From NCBI GenBank assembly GCA_964106915.2, contig OZ066925.1: a DNA stretch of 64,000 bases, one strand, 5' to 3'. The translations under genes were made by a program, and so were the position numbers. This DNA is from Podarcis gaigeae (lineage: Eukaryota). The first letter of the stretch is position 1. Every line of letters begins with the position of its first letter. Below, piece by piece: positions 24,632 to 35,516 of this stretch. The notes beneath the pieces are model-generated. The model was not told where the DNA came from. It did no database searches and was given only the letters and a program-made list of their open reading frames with translations.

Positions 24632-26930
24632 TATGTGTTGTGTGAACTGGTACATCCTTTTCATTTAAACTGATTTTCCCACCATTCAGCTTCACTGGAT
24701 GATTCTAGATTCTAATATTACGAGACATTGAGAAAAACTTATCTTCTCCTCACCAGGTATATCTTTATACACTTCCATGTCTCACTCCTTAATGTTTTCC
24801 CCCAAAACATAACATCTGAGCTGTTACTCTCAGCCCCAACCCAACTTGCAAAATGGAGATAGTATCTTACACAGGTGTTATAGATGAGAGAACGGAAATA
24901 AAGTACTTTGAACAATCCAGAAGGACCATATATTGTGGGAAAGTATTTAGGAATGTTGCAAATAAAAGGTATATATATTCAGACAAAGCCAGCCATGGCC
25001 ATGAAGAACTCTGTGGCAAACCACAATTGACCTAGCCATTGTTACATCATATGCTCCTAGATTTGGTTGGGGAGGTAGGTTCATCTGGAAATTGATTGCT
25101 CTTTGCCTTTAAGGCCAAGGCAGCCAGAACCTGAGTAGACATCAGGCAGTTCTTAGGACAGCCCAGTCCTACTGACACAGTAAACAACTTTATTCAAACA
25201 TGTACTAAATCCACCTTGAGGACCTAAGACATAGAAAGCTGAGACATAAATAGCTGAAATAAGCAAGTGCTATAATCAGTCCAAAGTAAGCTGTATCATT
25301 TAAATGTAACAACCAGTAGCCATTTTAGATTAATGAAGTGATTTGCATAGATCTCTTTATTTGCAAACTTCAAGAACACAACAGAGAGCAGAAGCAAAAC
25401 TATACAGTGTAATACTGACAGACCACTAAATAGTTCAGGACACTTTTATATGAAATTAATAGATTTATTTGTATTAGCTCAGATGACGTTTCTGTATTTG
25501 CCTAGACTAGACATGACAGCTCCTGTGCAAAAAACAAACATACAAACAAAAAAACGCTGCTCCATTTGAGCAGATTTCCTGACTCAAGTTCAGATTTCTA
25601 GCGGCAAATATTCATGTTTAAGTCTGCTCATCTTGGAATTCAAATACTGCAACTGTCAAATGAGAGGGCAGTGCAGTGATTACATTTAGAGATTAAAAAT
25701 GGCACATACCTCAGGTATACCTACATTGGCGCACAAAGATAATACACCTTTATACTGTTAAGGGGGGAGGGGGAAAAGAAAAGGTAGTTGATCAATGTAT
25801 AGTTTAATAAGAGCCAAAGGCAGTGGAATCAAAAAGTAAGTCCTTTAAAAAAAATTATACCATTTTAAAAAGGTGTACACTACTCCATTAAGACAGCAGC
25901 AGTACTTAATCTGGTGTTACAACTAAGTAAAAATCACATTGCTGGAAATCAGTTTATCATAGTCTGTCCTCCTTAAGACTGGAGACAGGAAAAATATTAC
26001 ACAGGATTAGCAGGAAGACATGGTACCTATCTTTGAAAGGCATGAAATCAACACCATCTTCATGGACGAGATTTGATATAGAAATAATTTCAACTGTCCA
26101 TTTGTGGGAAAGGTTTAAGGGTTAACTTTCCCTGGCAATTCTGATCGGTAAACATTTGCAAGTCAAACAGGAACCTACTGCTGAGAAATCTCTATTATCC
26201 GGCATCTATTATCTCGCCTACCCAGTGATGGTTAATGTAGAGCAGTTCAAGTTATTCTTTATGTGTTAAAAGATTATAGTATAATCAGAACCACTCAATA
26301 ATAAATCAAAGGCTTTCCTTCAGAACCTGAAAACACTGGGGTGACGATTTTAACCAAAATAATGAAAAATGAAAAGATACCTGGAATAGCATTATATCCC
26401 ACGCACCTTTTGTTTTCTACGAGTCATGCATACTGCAGACGAAATGGTTTGTGCTAAACAGCCTCAAATCTATTTTTCTAATATTAAGCACAAAGGAACA
26501 ACACTGACAGCAAGCATGGTAAATAAATATCTCCCTTGAGAACAAGAGCAGCAGTCAGGAGCGCTGACATGCATGCTAGAGAAACCTCACACACCATTTT
26601 TTCCCTACCTGCACAAGTTGCCATTTGCTGCAGCCGTCAAAATCCCTCTTCCCCCTCTTCCCTGGTTGATTTCAAAAGGAAGGTTTTCAGGCAGTCTCTC
26701 AAGGCATCTACTAATATGCTTTACAAGTATAATATTCCAATTAAGCGTATCTTTAAGAGAAAATCCATTTTCTTCCTTGCTCAGGTAAACATGTTTACAG
26801 CTCCTGCCCGGAGACTGGGTGGTTCAGACTCCCATGTCACACACATGTCGTCAGCAACAAGAAAAGCCCCCTTTCTCTATCATTAACATTTTAAATAAGG
26901 TAAGGAGAGAGGAGCACTTTGCAAACTTAC

Positions 26931-26975
26931 CTTTAATATTGCCTCAACATTAAACAGACCACACAAATGCGTGCT
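26931..26975 (-). other. ZEB1: Candidate 45-nt alternative ZEB1 exon
   Basis: Minus strand reads CTAATTTCCTGTTTTAG|AGCACG...AATATTAAAG|GTAAGT: an acceptor with pyrimidine tract plus a consensus donor, inside a TE-free zone. Confidence 0.55.
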
Positions 26976-29170
26976 CTAAAACAGGAAATTAGCATTACAA
27001 TATCCCGTATATATCCTGATACTTGCTATAAATAAACCCACCCCATACAGAGCAGGGAGCTACTAGTTCAGAACCACCCGATCAACTAGTTAGTCGATTA
27101 GAAGGCCAATGTTTATGTGCGTGTTTCACGTTAAGTATCAGAAGTCGTAGCGCCCTCTCACCCGGGGAAACCATAATTCCTTCTCGGAGATATAAAAAAA
27201 AAAAATCCTGTCCAAAACGTCATGATCTCGGACCAACCACTAGAACCCTTCCAATCCATAACCGTATACAGGAAATGCCAAACGAAAGCTTTAAAAAAAA
27301 CTGCCAAGAAAGGTTACAAAACCTCCCGTTTTACATCCTAAAAAGTCATCAGTTTTCCCGTTATTATTATTTTTTAATAGAATACGTAAGAAGAAAAATC
27401 CAACAACATAAGTTTTGAGTATTTATTCCCCCACTTTTCAACGCAGGTTTCAACTCATTTCAAAGTAATACGTATGCATAAAGGGGGGGGGGGTGAGAGA
27501 GAGAGACAGCCCTTAAATCTGAAAAGTAAGCGTCATTCCTTATATAGGCTGTAGCAGTTGTTCCTAGCCAGCGAAGAAAGGCGGGGAGGGGGCGCAGCGG
27601 ACAAACCGTTACCACCCATTATTATGATTATGATACAAACAGGTACCTCGAAATCCAAGAAGAGGGCGAGAAAGAGAAACTTGGCTGATTCACGTCCCCT
27701 CCCCAACCCACACAGAAAGAAAGCCTTCCTTTTGCTCGCTCTCTCTCCCCCCGCACCCCAATCACGTTGATAAAGGAGGGGAGAAGGGGGGAAAAAACAC
27801 CCACCCAACCTCACAGAAACACTTCCAACACTTCTGCCAAGATCTGGAGGTTGGCGGGGGTGTGGGAGGAGAAACAATATGTTCAATGGCTACGGAGATA
27901 AATCAACATGCACTGCAGGCACTAAAAGAGGCGGAGGCGAAAGTAGCGGGGGGGGGAGAAGAGGGGGGAGCAATACATAGAAGGCAGAGGAGGAGGGGCA
28001 GAGAAAAGGAGGGGGTCCCTTTCCAGGGCAATCTCAGGGGTGCGCATGTGGTGCGTTTCCCTTGTAAAAAAATGGGGAAAAAAGAAAATCAATACACACT
28101 GCAGCAAGCAACAGTACTTCCCCTCGCCTCCCGCTTTCCCCCCGCTTCTTCCCCAGCCGGGGCCAAAACACGCCACACGCCAGCGAACGAAGTCCCCATT
28201 ACAGTCATCCTGCCCTCGACGTTTTTGTTGCGTGTCTGGCAAGCAGGTAGTTCGGGAGTTACACGCAGTTTCCTCTGGATCTCTCCCCCCCCCCCACTCC
28301 AAACTATGAGCCTTAGCGCACCATCCACCCCCCACCATCCCAAAACAACAACAACAAACTATGGGGGGATCGCGAAGACTGGAGGTGGGAGGCTGCGGGG
28401 GGGAAAAGCGCCGCGCTTCCCTCGGGGGCTTTCCCCAGCGCGAGGGGAGGAGAGAGAGGAGGGGAAGTGACCCCCTCTCCCTCCGCAATAGCAAAGCCCC
28501 CCCCGAAACAAAAAGTTTGGGGAGCGGGGTCGGAGGGGGCGCCCCTTCTCCTCGGAGGCCGGCGAGACCCGCCTCAGCTCAGGTAATAAGTTTCCAAGTT
28601 GAGGTGAGGGGGGGACCGTTATAAGGTCGAAGGCGCGGCCTTCCTCTCTCTCTCCCCCCCCCCCCAAGAGAAGGGACCGGAGTGACTAGGAAAATAAGAA
28701 AGAAAGACACCCCCCGGCTCCGCTTCGCCCTCTCGCTCCTGAGGGAAAGAAGCCGGGGACGGGCGGCGGCCGGGCAAAATGAAGGGTGGGACACGGGGGA
28801 AGAGAAAGAGGAGGCAGCGGGCGGCGTGTAACGGTCCCCGGGCAGGGCTGATCCTCGCCGGCGAAGGAGGCTCGAGTGGAGGAGGCACCGCTAGGCGGAG
28901 AAGGAGGCAGCCCGGCGGCGGCGGGGAGGGAGAGCGCGAGGCGGGGAGGGAGGCAGGCAGGCAGGTAGCGGATCTAACGGTGCAGGGCGAGCCGGGCTCC
29001 CGGCGAGGAGCGCCCGGGAAATTACTTTCTACTTCTCGGATCTGCTTCTGTCTGTCTTCTTTCTTCTTCTTCCTCCCCCCCCCCCCGTTTTACTCCGCCC
29101 GACCCCCGGCCCGGTCCCCCCTGAGCGTCCCCGGCGCGGCGCGGGCCGTTGCCCGGCGGAGCTGACTGAC

Positions 29171-29228
29171 CGTTATTGCGCCTCGGGTTCGCCTGCTTCC
29201 TGCGCTTACACCTGGGGCCATCCGCCAT
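29171..29228 (-). CDS. ZEB1: ZEB1 (zinc finger E-box-binding homeobox 1) first coding exon, 58 nt, phase-1 donor
   Basis: Translates [19 protein letters not shown]+G, the ZEB1 N-terminus (ZEB2 has [24 protein letters not shown]). It is followed by the donor GTCAGT at 29170-29165. The 5' context GCATTTAGACACAAGCGAGAGGATC-ATGG has good Kozak (G at +4, A at -3). It lies in a CpG island. The ORF-track extension to 29022 is intron read-through. Confidence 0.96.
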
Positions 29229-29319
29229 GATCCTCTCGCTTGTGTCTAAATGCTCCAGTCACCTCCTCCCCCCTCCCTTCCCCCCTCCCCCTCGCCGCTC
29301 TCCCCCCCCCCACCCCCGC

Positions 29320-29535
29320 CCGGACCTGGTTTACGACACTGGGTGGTTGGGTGTATGTGTGTGTCTGTGTATGTGTGTGCGCGCGTGTGTGTATATGTCC
29401 TTTTCTTTTTTTTTTACTTTTTTACATCACCTTCCTACACCTAGTGCTCGGCCGCCGGAACCTTGTTGCCAGGGGAGACGGCCGCTTTACGGCAGCACGT
29501 TTGAACCGGCAGGAGGGAAAAGTTTCTTCTTCGCC
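29320..29535 (+). ncRNA. Possible 5' region of a divergent antisense lncRNA (ZEB1-AS1-like) / conserved promoter block
   Basis: Motifs TTTACGACACT, ACATCACCTTCCTACACCTAG, CCGGAACCTTGTTGCCAGGG and GAGGGAAAAGTTT occur in the order I recall for the human ZEB1 promoter/ZEB1-AS1. Transcription cannot be shown from sequence. Confidence 0.4.
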
Positions 29536-30419
29536 CCGCTTGGGCGCGACGCAGGTACCCGTGTGTGGCGCACGGGGCGCGGAGGGGGCGTCAGAAGGAG
29601 GGCCGGGGAATGGGAGGAGGAGGATTTGGGGTTAGAGAGAGAGGGAAAGTGCCTCTGGATGTGGGGTGTCTAAGGGGAGGGCCCAGAGGACGACACGGAT
29701 AGAGAGCGAGAGCGGTGCCCTCCGGCGCAATGGAGCCGGGCGAGCGCGCGTGAGCCGCTAGTGCTGGAGCCGGGCGAGGAGGCGCCGCTAGCCGCGCTGT
29801 TATTATTATTATTATCATCCTCATTATCACGGATTGCAATTTGTTGTCGCTTTATATCAGTACAGCACAAGCACACGCGCATCCGTATCAGCCCAAAGCG
29901 AACTAAAGGGAAAGCAACGAAAAGGCTTGCAGAGAGATAGAGAGGTGAAGTGTGGATTTGTTGTTTACACGTTTCATTCCTACGGTGTTTTTGTGCGCGT
30001 GAAGTTTTCGCGTGTGTGTAAGTTGTTGTGTCCTGGTTTTACCGGTAGAGCTTGGTAAAGCATCTTAAGTTCAGGAGTGTGGGATCATGCAGCTCGTTCA
30101 TGTGTACACTTGCTGGTGGTTTGCTGAATTGTGGGGACACGCACGGCCGGCTTTACTGTCGACACACGCCTTCCCAGGGATTCTGTTTGAACTGTTAGCT
30201 CGCTTAATGCAGATTATTTACTTATTTATTTAGAGTTTTAGACAATTCATCCTGCCCGCCCCTTCTGGGGGGAAAAGTGACAACAAGGCGATTTACAACA
30301 AAGTGAGAAGTAAGATGAAAAGAATACAGAAGGTTATAAAATAATGCAATCTTTAAAATTCACAACTCATAAAAATGCACGGAATGGCCATTTATTAAGA
30401 GCCGCAGTAGCAGCCGATT

Positions 30420-30625
30420 GATTGATTGCATTTGTAAAGCCCACCTTTTTTCTCCAAAGTGCTGAAGGTGGTGTATGTAGTTCATCCTCTCATTTAATTA
30501 CCACAACAACCTTATAAGGTGGGTTAGGCTGAGAGGCTGTGACTGGCCCGAGGTCACCCAGTGACCTTCATGGCTGAGTGGGAATTGGAATCCTGGTCTC
30601 GTAGGTCCTAGTCTAATACCCTCTC
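30420..30625 (-). mobile_element. Older Squam3-like SINE
   Basis: Contains gctgagaggctgtgactggcccgaggtcacccag, the reverse of the core seen in the 5687 copy, and a degenerate B-box. Confidence 0.65.
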
Positions 30626-31007
30626 ATCTGATCAGGTCTCTCTTCCAAATACCTGCAGAAAAAATGTGTTTCTTTGCCAGCTGCCCGAACTGGGGCCAGA
30701 TGCAGTTCAGTAGAAGAGAGGAACTTGTGCATGCAAGGAGCCACCACTGAAAATGCTCTACCCCCAAAAAAGAATGCTAGTGGAAGTGAGGAGAAACCGG
30801 AGCTACTTTGGTGAAAAGGAAGGAGAAAGCAGACACATGGGAACATCACGGGTTCTGAATGGCCACCCTGACTTGAGATTTGGTACAGTTAGTTGACAAT
30901 GAACAGGAAAATAACCATGAATTGCAATAGTGCTCAGTTGACCCGTCAGATGATTGCCTCCTAACATGACTGGTCAAGTATCTTCAAATACTGGGTGGAC
31001 ATCTCCA

Positions 31008-31063
31008 AAGTCCCATTGATGTAAAGTCCCATTGATGTAAGTGAGCAAGTCCCATTGATGTAA
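31008..31063. repeat. Three copies of aagtcccattgatgtaa
   Basis: Copies start at 31008, 31024 and 31047. Confidence 0.85.
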
Positions 31064-31246
31064 GTGCAGCTTACTTCTGAGTAAGCATGCATAGGCACAT
31101 GTTGCAAAATGGCCTTAGCCTATGGTTTTGAATAATTTCTTTATATATTTAAAATATTTATATACCACCCTTAAACCAGCCTTGCATTACAGGACAGTTA
31201 AATGCAAAAAAAAGAAACAATTGCAGTATGTTTAAAAAGTGCATTA

Positions 31247-31469
31247 CAGGCATACCTCTGGTTGAATGTGCTTTGGGTTGAGCGAGTTTGAGTTGCGCTC
31301 CGCGGCAACCTGGAAGTAATGGAGTGCGTTACTTCCGGGTTTCGCCACTCGCGCAAGCGCAGACACTACAAATGACGTCACGCGCAGACGCGGCGTTGCT
31401 TGTTATGTTCGCTTCAGGATGCAAACGGGGCTCCGGAACGGATCCCATTCGCATCCTGAGGTACCACTG
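31247..31469. mobile_element. pogo/Tigger-like MITE, CpG-retaining
   Basis: TA-CAGGCATACCTCTGGTTG ... CATCCTGAGGTACCACTG-TA. Confidence 0.8.
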
Positions 31470-32957
31470 TATGGTGATAGTTATGAGGGGCTGTTCTGCA
31501 TGCTTCCTTTCCACCTCACAGTGCAGCCTGTGCCATCTCACACCCAGTCATCAGTGGAATACAGAATCTTGAGTTGAATATGAGAGTAGCATTAATTTTA
31601 GGAAATATGCAACATGCACCTGCCTACGCAGTGTACTTTTTTGTATTTAATCTTTCATCAGAAACATGCAAATGCTCTTCATACAAACAATGCCAAAAGA
31701 GAAAACAAAATACTAGATGCTTGTTCAATGTGCACACTGTCCACGAGGAAGAGACAACTCCAAGCCATGTGTGCATCACACAACCTCACACAAAATGACA
31801 AAGATACCTTGGTAACAAGTTCTTCTCAAAGAGTTTTTTGGTGGGTATGGGCTGTTATTGGTCCCCCATGACAACTCACAACCCTTTCAGCTTGGCATAA
31901 CACCAGTGATGTGTAATCTTTAAATTGGCTGCTACCAGCAAAAATAAAATAAAATCTGATTTGATTTCTACAAAGTAGTCTACACACAGCTTCCAGAAAA
32001 ATGAAAAGCTGCACCATCCCAGGTCCCAGATTATTAATTGCTCGACTACTGCTGACATCTGCTGAAGGCTTCTGACCCAACAAGCATTCACAATAGGACA
32101 ACTTTATCACACATGATTTGAAGCCCCTTGGAGTATATTTCTGAACATGAGATGAAGGGACTGGTTGTTGCCTTCATGCCTGATTGCTGCGGGAAACTAA
32201 GCATTGGACTTCTGGCCTAGAATAACAAGTGTCTTAAACAGATTGCTGCAATGAACACATACTTATGAGTTGAAGTGAATTGTCCCATTGAAGAAAAAAA
32301 GAAGAGTTATTTCTGAGTAAGCCTGCATTGAACTAGGCTACAGGAGAATGAGGTTCAGATCCTCAGGTGGATTATAACAGAGGAGTTGTACTGCTTAGAA
32401 AGCTGTGCATTAGAGCGCCGTTCCTCCTCCAGTTCTACAATACAGTTTCACCTGCTTGTCTAATTGCTACCTCCGCCTCCTCCCTAGATTACTGGCAGGG
32501 ATTTACTTGTCATGTACTTAAGCCTAGGTGTTACCATAGGATGACTTGCATAATTATTACCTTATGGGACTTTTTAAAAAGGCTAGAAGGTAGATGCCAA
32601 GCATCAAGCAGCACCCGAGCACAAGAGCATTTCTGTGATTTCCAGCAACTGGTATTCAGAAGGATACTGCCTCCCAGGGCCAGCTCACTCATGAGGCAAG
32701 GGGAGACGAGCGCCTCAGGCGGCAGCAACCACCAAAACAACAAATCCTGATGTAGATCTTTATTCTCCCTCCTTGTTCCTGTGGTGGATCTTCACTCACC
32801 TCTTCGTCCCTTTGGGACGCCATAATGGGACGCCATTATGTGGTTTGCCTCAGGTGTCAAATGTGGAGGCTGAGCACAGCCATCGTGGCTAGCAGCCCCC
32901 AGCAACCATGTCCTCCATGAATTTATCTAATCTTTTAAAGCCAACCACATTGATGGA

Positions 32958-33314
32958 GGGATGCAGGTGGCGCTGTGGGTTAAACCACAGAGCCTATGAC
33001 TTGCCAATCAGAAGGTCGGCGATTCGAATCCCCGCGATGGGGTGAGCTCCCGTTGCTCGGTCCCTGCTCCTGCCAACCTAGCAGTTCGAAAGCACATCAA
33101 AGTGCAAGTAGATAAATAGGTACCGCTCTGGCGGGAAGGTAAACGGCATTTCCGTGCACTGCACTGGTTTGCCAGAAGCGGCTTAGTCATGGTGGCCACA
33201 TGACCTGGAAGCTGTACACTGGCTCCCTTGGCCAATAAAGCGAGATGAGTGCCGCAACCCCAGAGTCGGCCATGACTGACCTAATGGTCAGGGGTCCCTT
33301 TACCTTTACCTTTT
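32958..33314 (+). mobile_element. Sauria SINE, subfamily B
   Basis: Full length. TSD cattgatgga at 32948-32957 and 33315-33324. Confidence 0.93.
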
Positions 33315-33789
33315 CATTGATGGAAGGTTTGGGGCAGTCTGTATAAAAATGTGCAAGTGATGATAAACATATAAAAATACATTATATTAAGGGAAACTGC
33401 TCTGCAAAAATGCGTATGTTAGGGAAAAATACATAAGAGAAATGTGTATATTTGGATTAATTTGCACTAAATTGCTGATAAATTTTCATGGGATTTTTTT
33501 TTATAAAACCCAACAAAAAGCTTGCAAACTGAAATGTGGAGAGCTCAACTTGATTGGAAAAATGAGAAACTGAGAGAAACCAGAATTGGCAGAATCACCC
33601 ATCACTACTCAAGGACATGTATTGGAACTGGTGCTTTTTAACTTGTTCAGAAATAGAGTAGCCAAGTTTTCTGATGACACCATATTATTCAGGGTGCTAA
33701 AAAGAAAAGAAAGGAAGAACAAAAGGATTATGAAGAGCTGAAAAACAATCTCTCCAAACTGGGTGAATGAGCAATAAAATTCCCAATGT

Positions 33790-34055
33790 GGTTCAATGTA
33801 CACATGTGTAAAGTGATGTACACTGGAGCAAAAAAGAGATTCACATTATATAGTGATGGGGTCTGATCTGGCAGTGAATGATCCAGGAAAGTTATCTTGG
33901 GGTCATGGTGAATAGCTCAGTGAAGACATTGACTAGTGTGCAACAGTTGTGAAAATGAGGATTTTATTTTGGCAATCATTAGGAAGGGGAATGAAAACAA
34001 AACTTACATGATTATCATAATACAAATAATAATACAAATGTACAGTTCTGGTTGC
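33790..34055 (+). mobile_element. CR1 LINE RT fragment
   Basis: ttcaatgt...aagtgatg...gatggggtctgatctggcagtg...cttggggtcatggtgaatagctc (FNV..CKVMH..DLGV.VDS pattern), degenerate. Confidence 0.55.
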
Positions 34056-34084
34056 TTTTGCATATTCTTTTAATTTTTTTAATT

Positions 34085-34390
34085 ATCTACAGAATTTGGT
34101 TCATCTGGAGCAAAAGATCGGCTAATCTTACAAAGGCAACTCAACACTGACAAGGAGGTACCATATAATCTGGAATCTTGAAAGTGCTTGATAAGACAAA
34201 TGTAAGCCTTGATAGTAGAAGCACAGAAGTAATCTCATCTGAGATGCAGCACTGGCAAAATATTTTGGAAAGAGCCACTGAAGTTGTAAAAGTACTTGCT
34301 ACTCAAAACAGCACTGCACTGGAAAACAGATATCCTGTTCATGTTCAGCAATAGCAATTCCTTAAAATGGTAAAGTTAATACTGATAGTT
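34085..34390 (+). pseudogene. hAT (Tip100/ZMYM1-like) transposase fossil
   Basis: 34241-34309 translates EMQHWQNILERATEVVKVLATQN, followed by a DILFMFSNSN..LKMVKLI-like segment. This resembles the W..IL.R....V..LA.QN / NGNFL.LV.L pattern of Tip100-type transposases. Confidence 0.5.
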
Positions 34391-35170
34391 GAAGCCACGG
34401 CTTTGAAATAATCCATTAACAAGCTATGCATAACCATTATCTAGGCAAATGATCGAAGTGAGATAATTCAGCTTTTTGCAGCGGAAGTAAAACAAAAGAT
34501 TTTGGCTGTAATCAAGGCAGCAAATTATTCTGCACAGTCGATGGTAGTCACTAATAAATGGCTTTTGTTGCAGGGTGTGTGTCAGAGTGTCACAGAACAT
34601 TCCACCGACAGGCATATGCTCTGGCAAAGTCAACCTGGGAGCATTACGTGAGGCTTGAAAATTGTGGAGTCATCCTTTGCACTAGCGGCATTTAGACCTT
34701 TTCCTTATCTGGCCCTCCAGGTTTTCAGTAAGGAAAAAACAAAAGTACAAGGGTGCAGTTTTCCTCCCTTGCTCCAGGGATCCAGAAGCAAAATGACAAA
34801 AATTTACTGCAGGGATGCATCCGGCCAAACCTTTTGTCCAGGTGTTGTCTCTTCTGTCATTTTAAGGAAGACACATTTTTGTCCCATGCAGTTTACCAAA
34901 TATGGATTGGAAAGCATTTATTTTAAAGCTCAACAGGCACAGACCTGATCAGTAATTGGGTGACCAGTGTAATGTTCATGTGAGAGCAGGGTCTACATGT
35001 TTTCACACACACATGTAATTGCTCCTACCCCAACTGTGAAACTACCCAAACCACTTACCTGTGAGAGCGGGTGGGAAAGAAACTGTTGTGGTCAATTTTC
35101 CTTTCACCTCCATGTACCTGGAGTTTTTCATTTTGCTGAGCTATCCAGCAAAACCTTGGCATTGCTGATA

Positions 35171-35238
35171 ATATTCCTGCATTGCAAGGGGTTGGACTAG
35201 ATGATCCTCAGGATCCCTTCCAACTCCACGATTCTATG
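35171..35238 (+). mobile_element. 5'-truncated CR1-tailed SINE / CR1 3' end
   Basis: atattcctgcattgcaaggggttggactagatgatcc...ccaactccacgattctatg matches the 3' half of 39506-39650. Confidence 0.7.
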
Positions 35239-35387
35239 CTGAACTTTTTCCACTCTCCTGGATATGCAAGAGTCAGAGGTTTCTACATACAAATATACCT
35301 CTTTTTTCATTCTCCAACAGGTTCAAGAAGACAGCCTGGCAAATATACTCAGAAGAGTTGTGAGGCAGGGTCAGTGAGGGGTGGGGC

Positions 35388-35472
35388 CATTTTTATCGCT
35401 GAGATTCTCCCCATTAATGATAATTGCATTCTGCCCCATATATCTAAATCTTTATTATTATTGTTGTTGTTG

Positions 35473-35516
<44 letters not shown>

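Larger units (their letters stand above)
1..29170 (-). other. ZEB1: ZEB1 intron 1 (partial, runs off the left end)
   Basis: Starts at the GT donor after exon 1. No exon-2-like peptide (VTNYNTVV...DSDDEDKLHIVEE) is seen in the ORF track, consistent with the very long first intron known in amniote ZEB1. Confidence 0.85.
27560..30180. promoter_or_regulatory. ZEB1: CpG island / ZEB1 promoter, 5'UTR and proximal intron 1
   Basis: Abrupt rise in GC and unmethylated-type CpG density against CpG-poor flanks. Contains GC boxes and G-tracts, no recognisable TEs, and the ZEB1 start codon. Confidence 0.9.

Noticed and set aside
29022-29170. Extension of the ZEB1 ORF to 68 aa (GQSAPPGNG...)
   Set aside because: Similarity to ZEB1 ends at the GT donor after NN; the remainder is GC-rich intron read-through.
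29320-30050. GRHL2 sites in the promoter (e.g. ACCTGGTT, TACCGGTA)
   Set aside because: Only partial matches to AACCGGTT; not distinguishable from chance.
27533-30058. Many long overlapping ORFs (up to 202 aa) in the CpG island
   Set aside because: Low-complexity G/P/R-rich translations expected from stop-poor GC-rich DNA; no recognisable domain.
31008-31095. CRISPR-like or iteron-like repeat array
   Set aside because: Vertebrate DNA; only three copies with 0 and 6 nt spacing. Looks like slippage within a common short palindromic repeat (related aagtccca.tga / cttacttctgagtaa words near 32280 and 60340).
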